A stretch of 63,655 bases of DNA, counting the filler, from Atractiella rhizophila (Eukaryota): the NCBI GenBank assembly GCA_021432655.1. It is 39 parts of 39 records of this genome, joined end to end, with 100 filler letters (N's around TTAATTAATTAA, not from the genome) between each part and the next. Parts side by side here need not be neighbours in the genome. Positions count along the whole stretch, not along the records: positions 36,467 to 37,989 come from MU272941.1; positions 38,090 to 39,608 come from MU272942.1; positions 39,709 to 41,226 come from MU272943.1; positions 41,327 to 42,844 come from MU272944.1; positions 42,945 to 44,457 come from MU272945.1; positions 44,558 to 46,067 come from MU272946.1; positions 46,168 to 47,677 come from MU272947.1; positions 47,778 to 49,286 come from MU272948.1; 31 more parts are not named here. The stretch is one strand, 5' to 3'. A program made the translations under genes and the position numbers. Under the pieces are notes generated by a model. That model did no database searches. It worked only from the letters and a program-made list of their open reading frames with translations, and was not told the DNA's origin. Shown one piece after another: positions 36,467 to 49,386 of the stretch (position 1 is its first letter; the number at the start of each line of letters is the position of its first letter).

Positions 36467-36939
36467 AGTGACGGGAGACCCATAGATGCCCTCATCACTC
36501 CCGCTGCAGGTATGTCCCTTCACAAGTTCATTGTGGCTTGAGCCTTGGAATCCGGCTAACCGCTTCATGTCTAGCTCATACGGCACCTCCTCACAATAAC
36601 TTTACATATCTAGGCTACACAAGTGTCTTCAATGTCTTTGACTGGCCCTCTGCGGTTTTACCAACTCCTGGTTTGGTAGATCAAACCTATTCAAAGGGCT
36701 GGAACCGTGCAGAATTTCTGGCATCTCGCAATCCACTGAATGAGTTAGACAAGAAGAATTTGGAACTTTGTGAGATTCTTCTACTATTCCGTGCACCTGC
36801 AGCATAATTTTGGATACCGATAGATGATCCGAAGAAATTTGCGGGTGGACCTTTCACCGTTCAAATCATTTGCCCAAGATTGCAAGAGGAGAAATTGATA
36901 GGAATAATGAAAGCAATAGATGGTGTTTTAAATCAGTAA
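36467..36939 (+). CDS. Amidase-signature family protein (acetamidase-like), C-terminus
   Basis: RPIDALITP, YLGYTSVFNVFDWPSAVLP and YDPKKFAGGPFTVQIICPRLQEEKLIGI. Confidence 0.85.
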
Positions 36940-38906
36940 CATATCAGGCCCCTGGTCGGCTTCAAGGTCGTGAAGCTCCCTTTTCGGGTGCGAAAGATTG
37001 CAATAAATGAATTCTTTAACTGCGCAGTGTCAAAGGCACCTTTACAGGTATCAGAATAACAGGAAATGATACATAATAACAAGAAGTAGAAACTGTAGGG
37101 AATCGAACGCTGATTGTGGTTAGTTGAAGGTGCAAGGAGTGTTGTAAACAATCAGGAGGACGAGAATGAGACAGCGAGGGAGAGGAGCACATTTCTTAGA
37201 GCTGTGTGCCTAAGCGCATCGCGACACTGTCAAAGGATTTCATCGCGAGCAATCCGATCGGGAGATATGAGCTTAGCGGATGCTGGTTCGTAGGGACTAA
37301 AGAAATGGAGGTAGATTCCTGTACTGCGGCCCTGCTTTTTAAAATATCGCAGAATAGTATGAAACAGAGCCAAAGATTGAGGAGGATAGATCATTAGGAG
37401 AAATAAACAAAGAGCGGCAACAAAAAACAAAAACCCGGAAGCGGAAGCAGACTCGCTCCCTTGTTACATTTTCTGAGAAGACGACCACAGGAACCACCAT
37501 ACCACGAGGCAAGTCTAAAATCGCTGAGCATATTATCATCGGCAAAGCTCTCGTATTGCATATTATGACCATAGGTCATAGACGAAAAGTTTCAGGTTTA
37601 AAGCCAGATGTTATAGAGGCGCTTGCGGCTGTCCAACAATGGTCTGGATTGAGGAGAAAGATGGGTAGGTGGCCTCAGATTGTTTGTTCGATGATACTGA
37701 AGGAGTGATTGAAGTCACTGAGAAGAGAGTAGCGAATGGAAAATCATGGAACACTTCTGCAGACACAATCGATAGAACTCATGCGACCGCAATGAGATGT
37801 GAAGGTACGCATTTTCCTCTCTCAAAAATGTCTGTAAGGGTCCTCGACAGTTCCGGACAACCACGAGAGAGGAAGTGCCCAGAATGCAGCGCTACTTTCT
37901 TGTGCCGCGCTCAAGAGAAAGCGAGACGACATGTTGAATAAAAATGGGGGAGGAGGTTAGTGTCCAAAAAATGGTACTTTCAAATAGTTNNNNNNNNNNN
38001 NNNNNNNNNNNNNNNNNNNNNNNNNNNNNNNNNTTAATTAATTAANNNNNNNNNNNNNNNNNNNNNNNNNNNNNNNNNNNNNNNNNNNNTGGAACATGCT
38101 ATCCATCTCTCTATTCAGCATAAATAGCCGCTTCTTCTCCATATTCTTTCCATATTCTAACTGCAGGTAGCCTCAAATGGCTTGCCAAAGCAAGAGCCGA
38201 AGGTCTAAACACTTCATGGCACAGAACCGCTGTTGAAACATCTCAACCATCCTCTCCTCACTAGACTTCCCTATGAACGCTCTCCATCGACCTTGTTCTC
38301 CCCAAAACCCCAACAAAAGTGCACGTTTAGGGTACCACCACGTGCCCTCGGTTCAAGGCATCATTCACACAAAACAGATCTTTAAGGCTGAAGAGCCGAC
38401 TGAGGCTTCTTCAGGGACGCGCAAGCTCAACTCTCTTGTCCGACTCCAACGGAGGTAACAAGCAACGAGGGGACAAATACTGTTCCTTGCCAAACTACTT
38501 TCAACTGCCCCTTTCACTCCGCAATGCGAGATGAGTAAACCCCATTCAACGTCACAACAGATGCCCAGCTTGCAAATTAGCAACTGACGGGAACAACAGC
38601 CAGCAGACAGATGGAATACCAATTCGCGAAGCGAAATGTCCTCGTTCACTTGTCTCGTCCTCATCTCGTCAGCCGCTTCCTTTCCGACTTCCGAGACGTG
38701 AGGTCGCGCCACTTTTGGTCCCGACACCAGACAACGTCACTCCACGCTTTCGCTCCTCCTCATCCTTCCTCTCCCTCCCATCTCCCTCTTCCAGCAATGT
38801 ACAAATAAATCATGATACTGTGAGGAAGTTAAGCAGAAAACAAGCGGAATCTCGGTTCACTCCTCACATGGAACAAAAGCAGAAGAGCAATGGAAGAGAA
38901 ACGCAC

Positions 38907-39223
38907 CATCTTCGAGCTGGTAATAACTCCCACACCAGGCATACTGTAACACGACCGCACCGTCTTCTCCCACCTGTTCCTTCGGCACATTCACCTTCTT
39001 TGCGCATCTCGCCTTGAGTGCGGGTAGGGACTCCGATGCTGTATTTCGCGATCAACCCGACACATCCCATGCACCGAAGGCACCCACAAAAGAATGTTAG
39101 TAAGTATGTAATTCAAGATGGAATGCATGAAAAGAGAAAGCCGGGAGAAAGGGACTAACGACGGAGTTTGAGAGCGAGAGAGGGGCCAGATGGGAGGGAG
39201 ATGGAGAGGATGGTCGTTGGCAT
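38907..39223 (-). CDS. Small hypothetical protein with a possible PB1/ubiquitin-like N-terminal domain
   Basis: Spliced MPTTILSISLPSGPSLALKLR|PSESLPALKARCAKKV...LQYAWCGSYYQLED, with a TACTAAC branch site in the intron. The 3' end is unclear. Confidence 0.35.
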
Positions 39224-39709
39224 TTGGGGTTGTGTCTGAGGAACAGGAAATCGATGTCGAGACGGATTTGGTTGTTTGTTTTGATTGGCAGTAGAAAGGA
39301 GGAGCGAGTGGCTCTATTTGTTGACCCATAACACAAGATGAAGCCCCCGAGGTAACTCGGAGATAGCCCCTGAGTGATCAAAGCAGGAGAAGAGAAAGTT
39401 TAAGGGAGCCCCTATTGGATTGCGCTGGATCTCACGCCGCGAATATTCGCCAGTCTTCATGGTCAGTCGCCGCCTTATCCCTTCCTGCCCGCGTAATTAC
39501 TCGCTCTAATCCTGCATCGTGATCAAGGTGTCGATCCCCATCTCCCCCCGTCTCATCCCCCGTCGCTTCTCCTCAAACCCATCCAACTCCAATTCCAACC
39601 AACCAGCANNNNNNNNNNNNNNNNNNNNNNNNNNNNNNNNNNNNNNNNNNNNTTAATTAATTAANNNNNNNNNNNNNNNNNNNNNNNNNNNNNNNNNNNN
39701 NNNNNNNNG

Positions 39710-39772
39710 TTCTATCGCGCGAGAGCAGAGTTCTCTGCTTGGTAGGATTCTATCGCGCGAGAGCAAAGTTCT
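39710..39772. repeat. 25-bp direct repeat downstream of the KDZ transposase (likely subterminal repeat)
   Basis: TTCTATCGCGCGAGAGCA(G/A)AGTTCT at 39710-39734 and 39748-39772. Confidence 0.8.
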
Positions 39773-39966
39773 GTCGACGATCTCGCGTCCCGTCTCAATC
39801 CCCGCCTGCTTCACTCCCACTGCTCGCCCGTGCGAGATACAAGGATCAACTCGCTCAAATGCGGCAACACCGTGTCCAAGGCGTTCAATCAATAGCGTAA
39901 GCACCAACTCAAAACAACTCTCTTCTGATATCAAAGGAGCACAATGTTAAGGAGAAAGAACGGAAT

Positions 39967-41226
39967 TTATTCTAAAGTGCTATCATCAAAACTATTTACA
40001 GTACATTCTGCTTCCTGCAACTCCCCTGCAAAGTCAACTTCCTCGTTACCCTCTTCGAATGCATCTTCATCTTCCCATTCCTGCTCAAAATTTTCAGCGA
40101 AACTTCCTACCACCTCTAATCCTGTCCGAAGTCTTCCCAACCAGGCATGTACACCTTCCTCTTCGCTCCTTGTTTCTTCCCAAAGCCAAGAGAGATCATT
40201 AAACCATACTTGTTCAAGGGATTGTAAGCGACTCAGTTCCCTCTGAAGGAGATGGAGCGTGGACCGTGCACATTTGAGTGGTGAGATGGATGGGTTTTGG
40301 GTTAAGTATGCTGACGTTTGATAGAATGGTGGGGGCGTTGCCGTAAGGGAAGGGTCATGAGGAGAAGTGGAGTCTATCACTACCATTTCAAAGTATTAGC
40401 ACAGAAAACTTGTCAGAAGGAAAAAACGACACACGTGTAGAGATAATCTATGCTCCGAGTAAACTCCAATCCTCTCGCGTTTGCCCAAGCCATCGCACGA
40501 CGCACTTCCCACCCTATACGCCTCAGCTCCTCCACTGCACGATCCCGCCATGACCGTTCGTATCCCTGCCTGGGTGATCACATCTGTCTGCCACAGCCCT
40601 AGGGCGCACATCATGAAGCCATCATTCCAGAAAGGGTCATCAAGGGAAAGGGATTTGAGTTTGCCATACGTTGACATTTTTTTCGGGAGTGCTTCGTCAG
40701 GATAGTCTCGTTCGTACTTCGCAACATGTCGCAGGTAGGCATTGAAAGTTGTTTTGGCGGCAGCGTGATGTTTTGATACAGAGGCAAGGATACGTTCACG
40801 TTTTTTGTATCCTACAAGAATTAGTCTTGATAATGATTACTGAGGTTGACGAACCTGTCAAATAACCTCCGCGTCGTTCTTTGCCAAGTGTGATCGGACG
40901 GAGTTCTTCCTTAATACGAAGTTGACGCCGTTGCAATTCTAGTTTTGCATGCCGAATAAGGAGAAGCTGTTTTCTCCTCTCTTCTATTATTTAACACATT
41001 GCAGGTAAGCATCCAGCTTAGAGAGCAAGAAGCATCTTACTTTCAGCAGGACGGAGGTCACGAAATGCATCTCCCAACTCCCTTGCGAGCAGTTCTAATT
41101 CGGCACTATATTTGTCCATTGCAGTAAGCGCCTTCGCGGCTGTTTCTGGAAGGATCTGGCGCGTGGACTCGAGCATTCTTCTATGCTGATGGGTGAGAAA
41201 TGCGACAAAACTGAAGGAGAGCATAC
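39967..41226 (-). pseudogene. Kyakuja-Dileera-Zisupton (KDZ) transposase C-terminal region, frameshifted
   Basis: LSLDDPFWNDGF...W..D..TQAGIR is followed, after a frameshift, by DRAVEELRRIGWEVRRAMAW. This is the typical tail of fungal KDZ transposases. Confidence 0.75.
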
Positions 41227-41582
41227 NNNNNNNNNNNNNNNNNNNNNNNNNNNNNNNNNNNNNNNNNNNNTTAATTAATTAANNNNNNNNNNNNNNNNNN
41301 NNNNNNNNNNNNNNNNNNNNNNNNNNTGAGATCAGTCCTCTTTCTCAGCGTCAGAGAACGTAATAACAGCTATAGCCAGCATATGATCACGTCAGAATTG
41401 GAGACAGCTTTGGACAGCTTTGAGGTTGGAGCTGGCCGAAGGTTGAGGTTGCTCTCAAGAGAGCTTTACGCTGAAGAGCACATCACGGCTTTTGAATGTA
41501 AAACAGTTGTGGTTTCACATTGGAATAGTCAATGAAAACACCTCAGAATATTCAAAGCTGTCCAGAAATCGGTACTTACTAT

Positions 41583-42844
41583 TTATGCCGACCATATTCC
41601 CTCCCTCATTGCGTGCAAACTTGAGGATTGCTTGCTTTCCTCCAAATGAGGTTGGACGGTTGTGAAGTACATTGGCAATTTCGCGTAACCAAGCTCATAC
41701 ATCGAATAAGGAGCAGTCGGTTCTGATAGCACAAAAAATGCAGAAATTACTCGTTTGAGCATTTTAATGATAACAGATGTCACGGAGTCAAACAAGAAGC
41801 CACTCGAATGCGACTTCCTACGGAAAGCCGATTTTGTTCAGAGTCTCCTCAAAAGTACTCATCACATTACCCCTGCATTCTTTCAACCTCTTCAACTTCA
41901 TGAGAGCAATTGGCCACACTTTCCCTTGCAGAGTTAGGTATCCCTCCAAATAATCGAGTTCGCTGGTGAATGCTAGAATCTTAAGATGGATCGAGCGTCT
42001 CATCGCCCCATCCCCCAATAAATCGGGCTGCGAAATGACCACTTGGATGAGAGAGATAATTCCAAGGAGGATGGCAAAAGAAGAGGTGATGTGACAGCAG
42101 ATGAGGAAGGGGGAATGAATTTCCCCGAATGCCACTTTTGAGCGAGGATCGGAATGAGACATCTCACCACGTTGGGAGGAAGGAGGAGGCTGAAAGCGTT
42201 CCTTTCTTTCCTTCTCGCGTTGGATCCGAGCTGTCTCTTGCATAAGCGTGATACTCCCTTCGGCCGAAGTTACCATGTTCTGAATGGCGAAGAAGGGGAC
42301 AGGCTGAATGTCGACCTTGCGATTTTCTTCAAATTGCGGAGGATTATAAAGGGACAACGAGCGCAAAGACTCCAGCGTGTCGTATACTCCGTTCGGCTCG
42401 AGAGAGCAGATCTTATAATTGAGAGAAAGAGCGGGGAAGTTGTAGGCACGGTTCATGACGATTCTGGTGCTAAAGGTCTTCATTAATACTCTTTCGAGCG
42501 TACGATTGTAACAATAACGAGACAGACGAACGTGGTGAGTACGTGCAGAGCAAAATAATACCCTTCCCTTGAGTACATTTGCTCCCAACTTTCGACGTCG
42601 GATCTAGAGGACGCAATGCGGCCCAGCTGGCCCACTTTTCTTCGGCAATGGCTATTAAATTTAGAAATCGAGTTTCGAGAGCGCTGAATTGTGCCATTCG
42701 AGGAACATCCTCATTTGGGGGAGGAACAAGGACAAGTGCTGCAATATGAGCAGTCCTTATCGAGAACTGCAGCATTTCCTACGCATTTTCGATCACCATT
42801 TTACTATTGAAAGTGTGGTAATTTGTGAACGCACGTCAGGATCG
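41583..42844 (-). CDS. Hypothetical multi-exon protein, C-terminal part
   Basis: Successive ORFs 42470-42775, 41818-42588 and 41583-41795 with plausible splice signals. No family recognised. Confidence 0.45.
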
Positions 42845-43263
42845 NNNNNNNNNNNNNNNNNNNNNNNNNNNNNNNNNNNNNNNNNNNNTTAATTAATTAA
42901 NNNNNNNNNNNNNNNNNNNNNNNNNNNNNNNNNNNNNNNNNNNNCATACCTCCCTCACCAGGCACGTTGAAATGAATGAAGTACACCATCTTACTGCATA
43001 TATTTGTGCCTTTCTGAAAGTGCAAGGAAATTTATTTTAAAGTCATAAAAAAATGTGTTCCCTCCTGGATTTGAACCAGTGAAGAGGCCCACAAAGCCGA
43101 TAATGACGTGCAGGAAGCGCCTCAAGAGATTTCTACAGCGTGTTTTGGTTTTCTCAGGTTGTGTGCCAGAAGAACATGTTTGTCTACCATGAGGGGAAGA
43201 AAGTGAACACATGTGAGTTGGAATACGCTCCTCATTATGTTCTCATGCCATCTTAGAATCATC

Positions 43264-44457
43264 ATGCCCGTCCTAAAAAAAAATGGTGCAAACCAACGCA
43301 TCCATGCTTAGCAACAAAGGCGGGAGGAGAGCCCATCAGATACACCTCAGGTTGCTCCACGTCGCTCAGAAAGACGTCATGCAGGATTGCCACAGCGCTT
43401 CCAGGTTACACAACCGACACCAACTCAGCATTTGACCCATCAAATTCGTATGCAGCAACAGCGGGAGGATGAACCTCCTAGAGGGCGCCGACGACGACGG
43501 CAGCCAGACCTCTACCTTTACGTGAAGAATTCAATGACGGTTCCTCTGATGGACAACAAGGGGGAGTATTTGAGAATACTGATCTGCCTGATCAAACAGT
43601 GGTAGCTCCTTGGGATGCAAGACGATATCAGCATCCTTTTCTCGCATTCAACTACTTACCAGACACAGTGAAGGCAATCCAACTTTCAGGCTGGAATGAA
43701 TCCTTTTGCTCAGAATGTGGTGCCTTTCATTGGCTTGAGGAACGAATAGCCAGGAGCCCTAAGCAGAACCCAATGTTTTCTAACTGTTGTTCTCTGGGAA
43801 AGATTATTCTTCCTGCTTATGAAGAACCACCAGCTGAGTTACATCAGCTATTAATCAACCCAGATACCAGAGAATCAAAGCAGTTTTGAGAGAATATCCG
43901 GTCCTACAATGATGCTCTCTCCTTTACTTCTCTTGGAGTCAAGCAGCCTCCTATTCCTGGGCAAGGAGTTTACTCTTTCCCCATTCAAGGGAGCTGTGCC
44001 ATTGCATTGGAGCTTTGCTACCCGATTCTGATGGAGATGAAAGGTTCACACAAATCTATATGCTGGATTCTGAAGAGCAGATTCGACAAACAATAGAGAC
44101 TGTTGGACAGCACAAACTCAAGTAAGGGACTTTAAGGAAATTACAAGAAATGATGTGGCGAGTCAATCCCTGGCCAGAAATTTATAAAACAGCAAGAGAG
44201 CGCATGGGGGATAATCCGATTTTGAACCTCCACCTTCGAACTATCGATCCTATTGATCGGGACCCTCGACGATACAATAGGCCAACAGGTCATGGCATAG
44301 GAGAAATTGCAGTGCTTCTCATCGGCCAACAGTCAGGAGCTATGGCAAGTATCACAAGGGACATTGTGGTTAAACTTCGACGTCCTGATGGTCAGAATTT
44401 CTTTGAAAGAGTTAGTGATCAGAACGCCAACTACCTTCCTCTACGCTTCCCACTTTT
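43264..44457 (+). pseudogene. Helitron Rep-helicase N-terminal region, disrupted
   Basis: CxxCGAFHWLEER...CCSLGKI, F*ENIRSYNDALSFTSLG, GVYSF.IQGEL.H.IG.LLP, DPRRYNRPT..EIAV, RDIVV and YLPLRFPL. There is a premature stop at 43887-43889 plus frameshifts. Confidence 0.92.
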
Positions 44458-44821
44458 NNNNNNNNNNNNNNNNNNNNNNNNNNNNNNNNNNNNNNNNNNN
44501 NTTAATTAATTAANNNNNNNNNNNNNNNNNNNNNNNNNNNNNNNNNNNNNNNNNNNNGGTGTCGCCTGACCCCAAGACGGACTTGACGATCGCGCGGAGA
44601 GTGTTGGGCTGAGATGGGCTAGACATTTTAGATGATCTGTGTTTCTGGGTGGGTAATTCTGCTGGATGATGCTGCTACGTGCGCTTCGATCGCTTGATGA
44701 AGTCGTGGGACTTTTTGCGGAGCAGGTTGGCGTTGTTTGGCATTTGTTTGTTTTGGAGATCAGGCACTGGCAACCACCAACTCAACTGGGAAGGAGTATC
44801 GGTATAGATAGAGCAGCGAAT

Positions 44822-46033
44822 ATGTCTTCATTTCTAGGGTCTGATTTCCGTTCTTATCTATAAATCGCAGGCTGACTTTGAGCAGGAGAATCGGCGGCGG
44901 CCGTGGGCAGACACCAACTCGAGTTCGTCCCTTGCTTTCTAACGCAACAGATGTCCATTTCCTAACCGGATCTATCGGATTGGATCTAACAGAATCAATC
45001 TCAGCAATCCCCTTCCTCCAATTCTCTCGCCGCAAACATGGCCTCCATGTCACTGCAGAACTCATCGTCCCAAAACCTCACACACTCCGCAAGTGGAAAG
45101 CCACTCTACCTCTGTCAGCCTTTCGTCAAAGCTGCACTCGTCAAGGGCAACTTTAAGAATATTGTGGCGTTACCCAAGTGGGTGGATACTAATGAGTGGG
45201 TCGCTGTCAATCGTGAGTTCCTTCCCTGCTGGGTGTAGTAGTGTTGCCGACAGCAAACTCTGCTCTTGCGTATTCCATTATGCGGAAAAGGAGCTTTTGC
45301 TGCTCGAAGGCGATCAATCCATTAGAATAAGAAGGACACGGACTTGATGTGCTGATGTGCAGGTCGAACGTAGATTGAGAGCGCTGACTTATGACGGTAA
45401 CAGTCGTTGACCTATTCCACAACCTCAATCTTTTCTACGCAGTCGTCACCGAAGTATGCACAAACGAGACATGTCCGACCATGTCAGCCGGCCCAGGGTA
45501 CGTCTCTCCACTCTCTTCTCACACTTCTTACTCACTGCAAATACTCGTGAAGGATGGACTACACCTGGATCGACAAATCCAACAAGCGTGTTAAACTGCC
45601 CGCACCGCAATACATCGACTTCGTCCTAACATGGGTCGAGGGACTAATCAAAGACGAAACCGTCTTTCCGACCAAGGCAGGCAGGGAATTCTCGCCCAAC
45701 TTCCCCTCGGTCGCCCGACACATCTATACCCAACTCCTCCGCGTCTTCGCCCACCTTTACCACGCCCATTTCCCCCATTTCGTCCATCTCAGCTGTGAAG
45801 GACACCTCAATTCGCTCTTCAGTCACTTTTTGACCTTTGGAAAGGAATTCGACTTGTTGGAGGCGAAAGAGTGCAGAGCTCCAAAGGAGGGCTTCGGATT
45901 CGTCGTGGGCGATTTGATAGATGTACGTTTTGCTCTTTCAGATCGAGACTGTGGGATGGATGGAGGTGAAGCAGAAAGACGCTGATGCTTTTCTGGGTAG
46001 GCGTGGACAGGGATGGGGATTTTGACTGCTTAG
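44822..46033 (+). CDS. MOB2: NDR/Cbk1 kinase activator Mob2, apparently complete
   Basis: KPLYLCQPFVKAALVKGNFKNIVALPKWVDTNEWVAVN, CPTMSAGPG, LPAPQYIDFV, FPTKAGREF and LLRVFAHLYHAHF, with the stop at 46031-46033. Confidence 0.92.
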
Positions 46034-46167
46034 AATGAGCATGAAGTGCGACCGACTGGATCGGTGANNNNNNNNNNNNNNNNNNNNNNNNNNNNNNNNN
46101 NNNNNNNNNNNTTAATTAATTAANNNNNNNNNNNNNNNNNNNNNNNNNNNNNNNNNNNNNNNNNNNN

Positions 46168-47677
46168 GGGCTCCTACCGACAGTGCTAGAAGACCTATTG
46201 TCCGCCAGGAAACGTGCTAGGTCGGACCTCAAGAAGGAAACTGATCCCTTCAAGCGAGCTGTGCTGGATGGAAGGCAATTGGCACTCAAAGTGCGTCATC
46301 TTGCTAGTGCTTTTACATTGTTATGCTAACAAAGGAATAGATTAGTGCGAACTCTGTGTATGGTTTCACTGGCGCTACAATTGGGAAGCTGCCTTGTCTC
46401 CCGATTTCGACTTCAGTTACTGCTTATGGTCGACAAATGATCGAACAAACACGACAGGTTTGTCTCTCATTAGGAACAGCCTTATTGACGCCAAGACACT
46501 ACTTCTAGGAAGTGGAAAGCAAATACAATGTTGAGAATGGGTACAAGACTACCGCTCAAGTCATCTATGGCGACACGGATTCTGTGATGGTCAAGTTCGG
46601 AACGACCGACCTGTCAGAGACGATGCAGCTCGGTACGATCTTACCTTCCATCAGACGTCATTGTGACTTGTCAAAATGTCAGGTGCCGAAGCTGCTGCCT
46701 TTGTTACGGAAAAGTTCACCCCTCCCATTCGACTAGAGTTCGAGAAGGTCTATTTTCCATACCTGCTCATCAGCAAGAAGCGGTATGCAGGCCTGTACTG
46801 GACCAAGCCTGAAAAGTATGACAAGATGGACGCAAAGGGCATAGAGGTTTGTTATGTCCTGCAGTCTTACACTAGCTTAATTTTTATAATAGACCGTTCG
46901 AAGGGACAACTGTCGATTGGTTCAGACCGTTATCGAAACATCTCTCAACAAGATGTTGATTGACAGGGATGTGCAAGCTGCCCAATCGTCAGTGCCGTGT
47001 CTATCAAGACCTATTTCTGATCTTCCTTGCAGATACGTCAAGCAAATCATTTCCGACTTGCTTCAGAACAAGATTGACATGTCTCAATTGGTCATCACGA
47101 AAGCTCTGTCAAAGACAGGTACGTCTTTTCGGCTCATCATTGCAACTGATAGCTCATGGGAATTCATGATAGAATATTCTGCCAAGCAAGCGCATCAAGC
47201 TTTGGCAGAACGCATGAAAGCTAGAGACGCAGGTTCCGCTCCTGCCCTAGGTGATCGAGTTGCATACGTGATCGTTAAAGCACACAAAGGTCCGTTGCTC
47301 TCCCTTCGGCCGTAACATTTGGTAGACGATTGAATGTATGTTGAATGTAGATGCGAAGGCATACGACAAGTCTGAGGATCCACTATTCGTTCTCGAAAAC
47401 AACTTGCCCATCGATACGAATTATTACCTAGAGAATCAACTTTCCAAACCACTTATGAGGATCTTCGAGCCTATTCTAGGATCCAAAGCGAGCAGCCTAT
47501 GTGCGTATCTACATATTTTTCATTCTCGCAGATGGTAGCCTGATACAAAGGGCAGTATCCGGTGACCATACGAGGACGATCTCTCTTGCTGCCCCGACCA
47601 CAGGAGGATTGATGAAGTTTACTGTAAAAACTCTGACATGCCTCGGCTGCAAAACGCCTCTCAAGATCACAGACCCC
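46168..47677 (+). CDS. POL3: DNA polymerase delta catalytic subunit, internal multi-exon fragment
   Basis: [58 protein letters not shown] and [17 protein letters not shown], plus the first Cys motif CLGCK. Confidence 0.97.
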
Positions 47678-47777
47678 NNNNNNNNNNNNNNNNNNNNNNN
47701 NNNNNNNNNNNNNNNNNNNNNTTAATTAATTAANNNNNNNNNNNNNNNNNNNNNNNNNNNNNNNNNNNNNNNNNNNN

Positions 47778-48504
47778 GTGACGATGAAATTACGAGATAG
47801 GCGGAGGTAGCGCTGGATGAAGTAGCTCTGCACGACGATGGCGGTCGTGGCTAAGGGAGGGGTTAAGGCGTTTTCTTTCAATGGAAGGAAGATATTGACC
47901 AGTAAGGAGAACGTATGCAGGAAAGTGCCACCCTGCAATACTGCTATCAACTCTCGTGCTGACACGACGTATCGGAGCTTACCTTGACGCAAGAGGTAAG
48001 CTTCATTCCCCCAATTTGTGACGGTGTAGCCATAAACGCCTGCACGTTGGTCAGAAAGGAGAACAGGGGGGAAACAGCGAGGGGAAACAGCGAGGGGAAA
48101 CAGCCTACAGGACATGGTCACTGCTGTACAAGCTGTGTCGACAATTGTGCACTTGGCTACGGTCAATCTGCGTCCTAAAAATGTGAAAAAAGCAACGCAC
48201 GATCGCAACAGCAGTTCGCATCAGCAGTCCATCCCTCGAACATGCGCGTGAATAATACAGGTACACCATGCACCTGAACCAGTCTTATTAGACGATGTCT
48301 CAAAGCCCAACGAACACAAATTTACACTTCTAAACCCCATAAAGCGGCGTTTGTCCTGCAGACGGTCAGCATCCATTTTGACGCTCCTTGCCAAGTCGCT
48401 CACCAGGTCCCAATCACTGTGGAGACAGTCAAGCTGTATGCCACAAGAAGTAAATCAGACTTACCAATGGGGATAACCACAGTTCGAAAGGCTTGAGAGG
48501 GCAT
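47778..48504 (-). CDS. Basidiomycete multi-pass membrane protein (DUF6534-type), 5' part with micro-exons
   Basis: Spliced PL|VIGTW|TNAALWGLE...VYLYY..RD...VDT...VYGYTVTNWGNEAYLLRQ...VVQSYFIQRYLRLSRN. Confidence 0.6.
48068..48104. repeat. 13-bp minisatellite GGGGAAACAGCGA, about 2.8 copies, intronic
   Basis: Tandem copies are directly visible in the sequence. Confidence 0.85.
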
Positions 48505-49386
48505 ATCGAACGCAATCTGAACAATGCTGGCGAGAGTGGCAAATGTCTTCGGTGTGGAAGAGAAATGGTCGCCTGTTTCGATGCAAAATTGCCCCTGCCT
48601 TTAAAGACGTTTGTCACTGAGTTGCCACTTTGCCCTCCAGATCCCGACGAGATCAAATCCAGGATTGAAGCCACTTCTTCTGCAGCTCTTCGGTACGGAT
48701 TGAATGAGGTTTGGTTCAGTGGTCTTCTTCAGCATTACCTGGAAAGAACTGGAGTACAATAGTGCTGTCAGGAGCCACGTCTGACGATCTGACGACTTGC
48801 CTCGGTAAGCAGTTCTTAGCGACTGGCGAGTGCTCTCGTTCTCAGGCTCGATCAGACTGGTAGTGTGGAAGGCGATCGATGTTCTGTGATCGGGTGGACC
48901 GCTCTGAGAGCCCCACCCACATCATTTTGCAGTTCTCATTTGGTCTGTTGGTCTCTGTGACAAACCGAGATAGCTGCAGAGGAGATATTCAGAAGACTTT
49001 AGGTTCTGAAATAGAGTGATTCGAGAATTATTGATCAATACAATATCAATGGTAACGATCAATCTGAGCTCGATCTGGCAGCGCAACCAAATGACGCCTA
49101 GGGAGATTCAGGAGTTCGACCGAGGTGGGGAAGACCCTGGATGGAGGGTCTCAATCAAGTCTCAATGTTAGAGCATGAAAAATGATGACTGTTCTGCCTA
49201 TCAGTCGGTCCTTCACCTATTGAAGTCGTTCTACGAGGAGGTGCGATGAATTCAAAGAGCAACAGCCCTACCCGAGTGAACAGACCNNNNNNNNNNNNNN
49301 NNNNNNNNNNNNNNNNNNNNNNNNNNNNNNTTAATTAATTAANNNNNNNNNNNNNNNNNNNNNNNNNNNNNNNNNNNNNNNNNNNN

